Shown here in pieces: positions 31,523-32,000 of a stretch of 32,000 bases of DNA. The position numbers and the translations under genes were made by a program. The notes beneath the pieces are model-generated. The model saw only the letters and a program-made list of their open reading frames with translations. It was not told the origin of the DNA and made no database searches. Where the stretch lies: sequence record CP064816.1. One strand, 5' to 3'. Numbering within the stretch: position 1 is the first letter of the stretch; each line of letters opens with the position of its first letter.

Positions 31523-31530
31523 TTTATTAT

Positions 31531-31560
31531 AATTTATAATTTATAATTTATAATTTATAA
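31531..31560. repeat. (AATTTAT)x4 microsatellite
   Basis: Counted directly. It lies between cox2 and trnE. Confidence 0.85.
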
Positions 31561-31579
31561 TAATAATAATTTATTTTAT

Positions 31580-31651
31580 GATCTTTTGGTCTAACGGTTA
31601 TGACATTGATTCTTCATATCAATAATATCGGTTCAACTCCGATAAAGATTA
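31580..31651 (+). tRNA. trnE: tRNA-Glu(UUC), with C at position 33
   Basis: Acceptor GATCTTT/AAAGATT. Anticodon arm TTGAT-TCTTCAT-ATCAA. T-arm ATCGG-TTCAACT-CCGAT. Confidence 0.82.
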
Positions 31652-31843
31652 TTTAATATTATTTTAATAAATAAATAAATAAATAAATAAATAAATATAC
31701 AATATAGAATTAATTTAATTAAATAAATTAATTAATTATCTATAAAATTAATAATAAATAAATAAATAAATTTATTTATTAAATAAAGTAAAGGAAATAA
31801 ATAGTAAAGTATTTATCAAAATTATAAAGAGAGAGAAAGAGAG

Positions 31844-32000
31844 ATGGAAATAATATTATTAATATTAGGATCAATAGGATTAAATATAATAGATATCTAT
31901 ATAATGTTAGAAATATTAATAATGGGATGTACTGTAAATAGTATATGAATAAGTAATATAAATAATGATATGATAGGATTATTATATAGTTTAATACAAA
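31844..32000 (+). CDS. nad4L: NADH dehydrogenase subunit 4L, 5' part; continues beyond the window
   Basis: ATG 31844 follows a GA tract. The product MEIILLILGSIGLNIIDIYIMLEILIMGCTVNSIWISNINNDMIGLLYSLIQ fits the nad4L pattern, and its position matches the usual fungal nad4L-nad5 unit. Confidence 0.7.

Overview
This window is very AT-rich fungal mitochondrial DNA, and the rnl sequence resembles budding-yeast 21S rRNA. Every feature I can support lies on the + strand. Gene order: partial tRNA, trnS(UGA), trnY, nad6, nad1, trnA, trnD, trnS(GCU), trnR(ACG), tRNA(UAG), nad4, trnC, trnL(UAA), trnQ, trnK, trnH, trnM, rps3/var1-like, trnP, trnR(UCU), trnV, rns, trnW, cob (1 intron), nad2, nad3, cox1 (6 introns), atp6, rnl, trnT, cox3, trnG, two CAU tRNAs, cox2, trnE, and the start of nad4L. 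The code is translation table 4: TGA sits at conserved Trp positions and a tRNA-Trp(UCA) is present, ATA sits at conserved Ile positions, and CTN sits at conserved Leu positions. The ORF track looks fragmented only because it treats TGA as a stop. All seven introns are group I and each carries a double-motif LAGLIDADG ORF fused in frame to the upstream exon. I see no prokaryotic-style defence or other novel gene system. The points worth a second look are: (1) a 1-nt frame disruption in otherwise intact cox2; (2) a UAG-anticodon tRNA without the class II long arm; (3) GA-rich tracts abutting most start codons; (4) an ATCTTATTA motif just after several stop codons; (5) tandem repeats that duplicate tRNA termini; (6) a greatly expanded Asn-rich rps3; (7) C33 in two tRNAs. 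All coordinates come from manual reading. tRNA ends, rRNA ends and splice junctions may be off by 1-2 nt, and rRNA ends by tens of nt.
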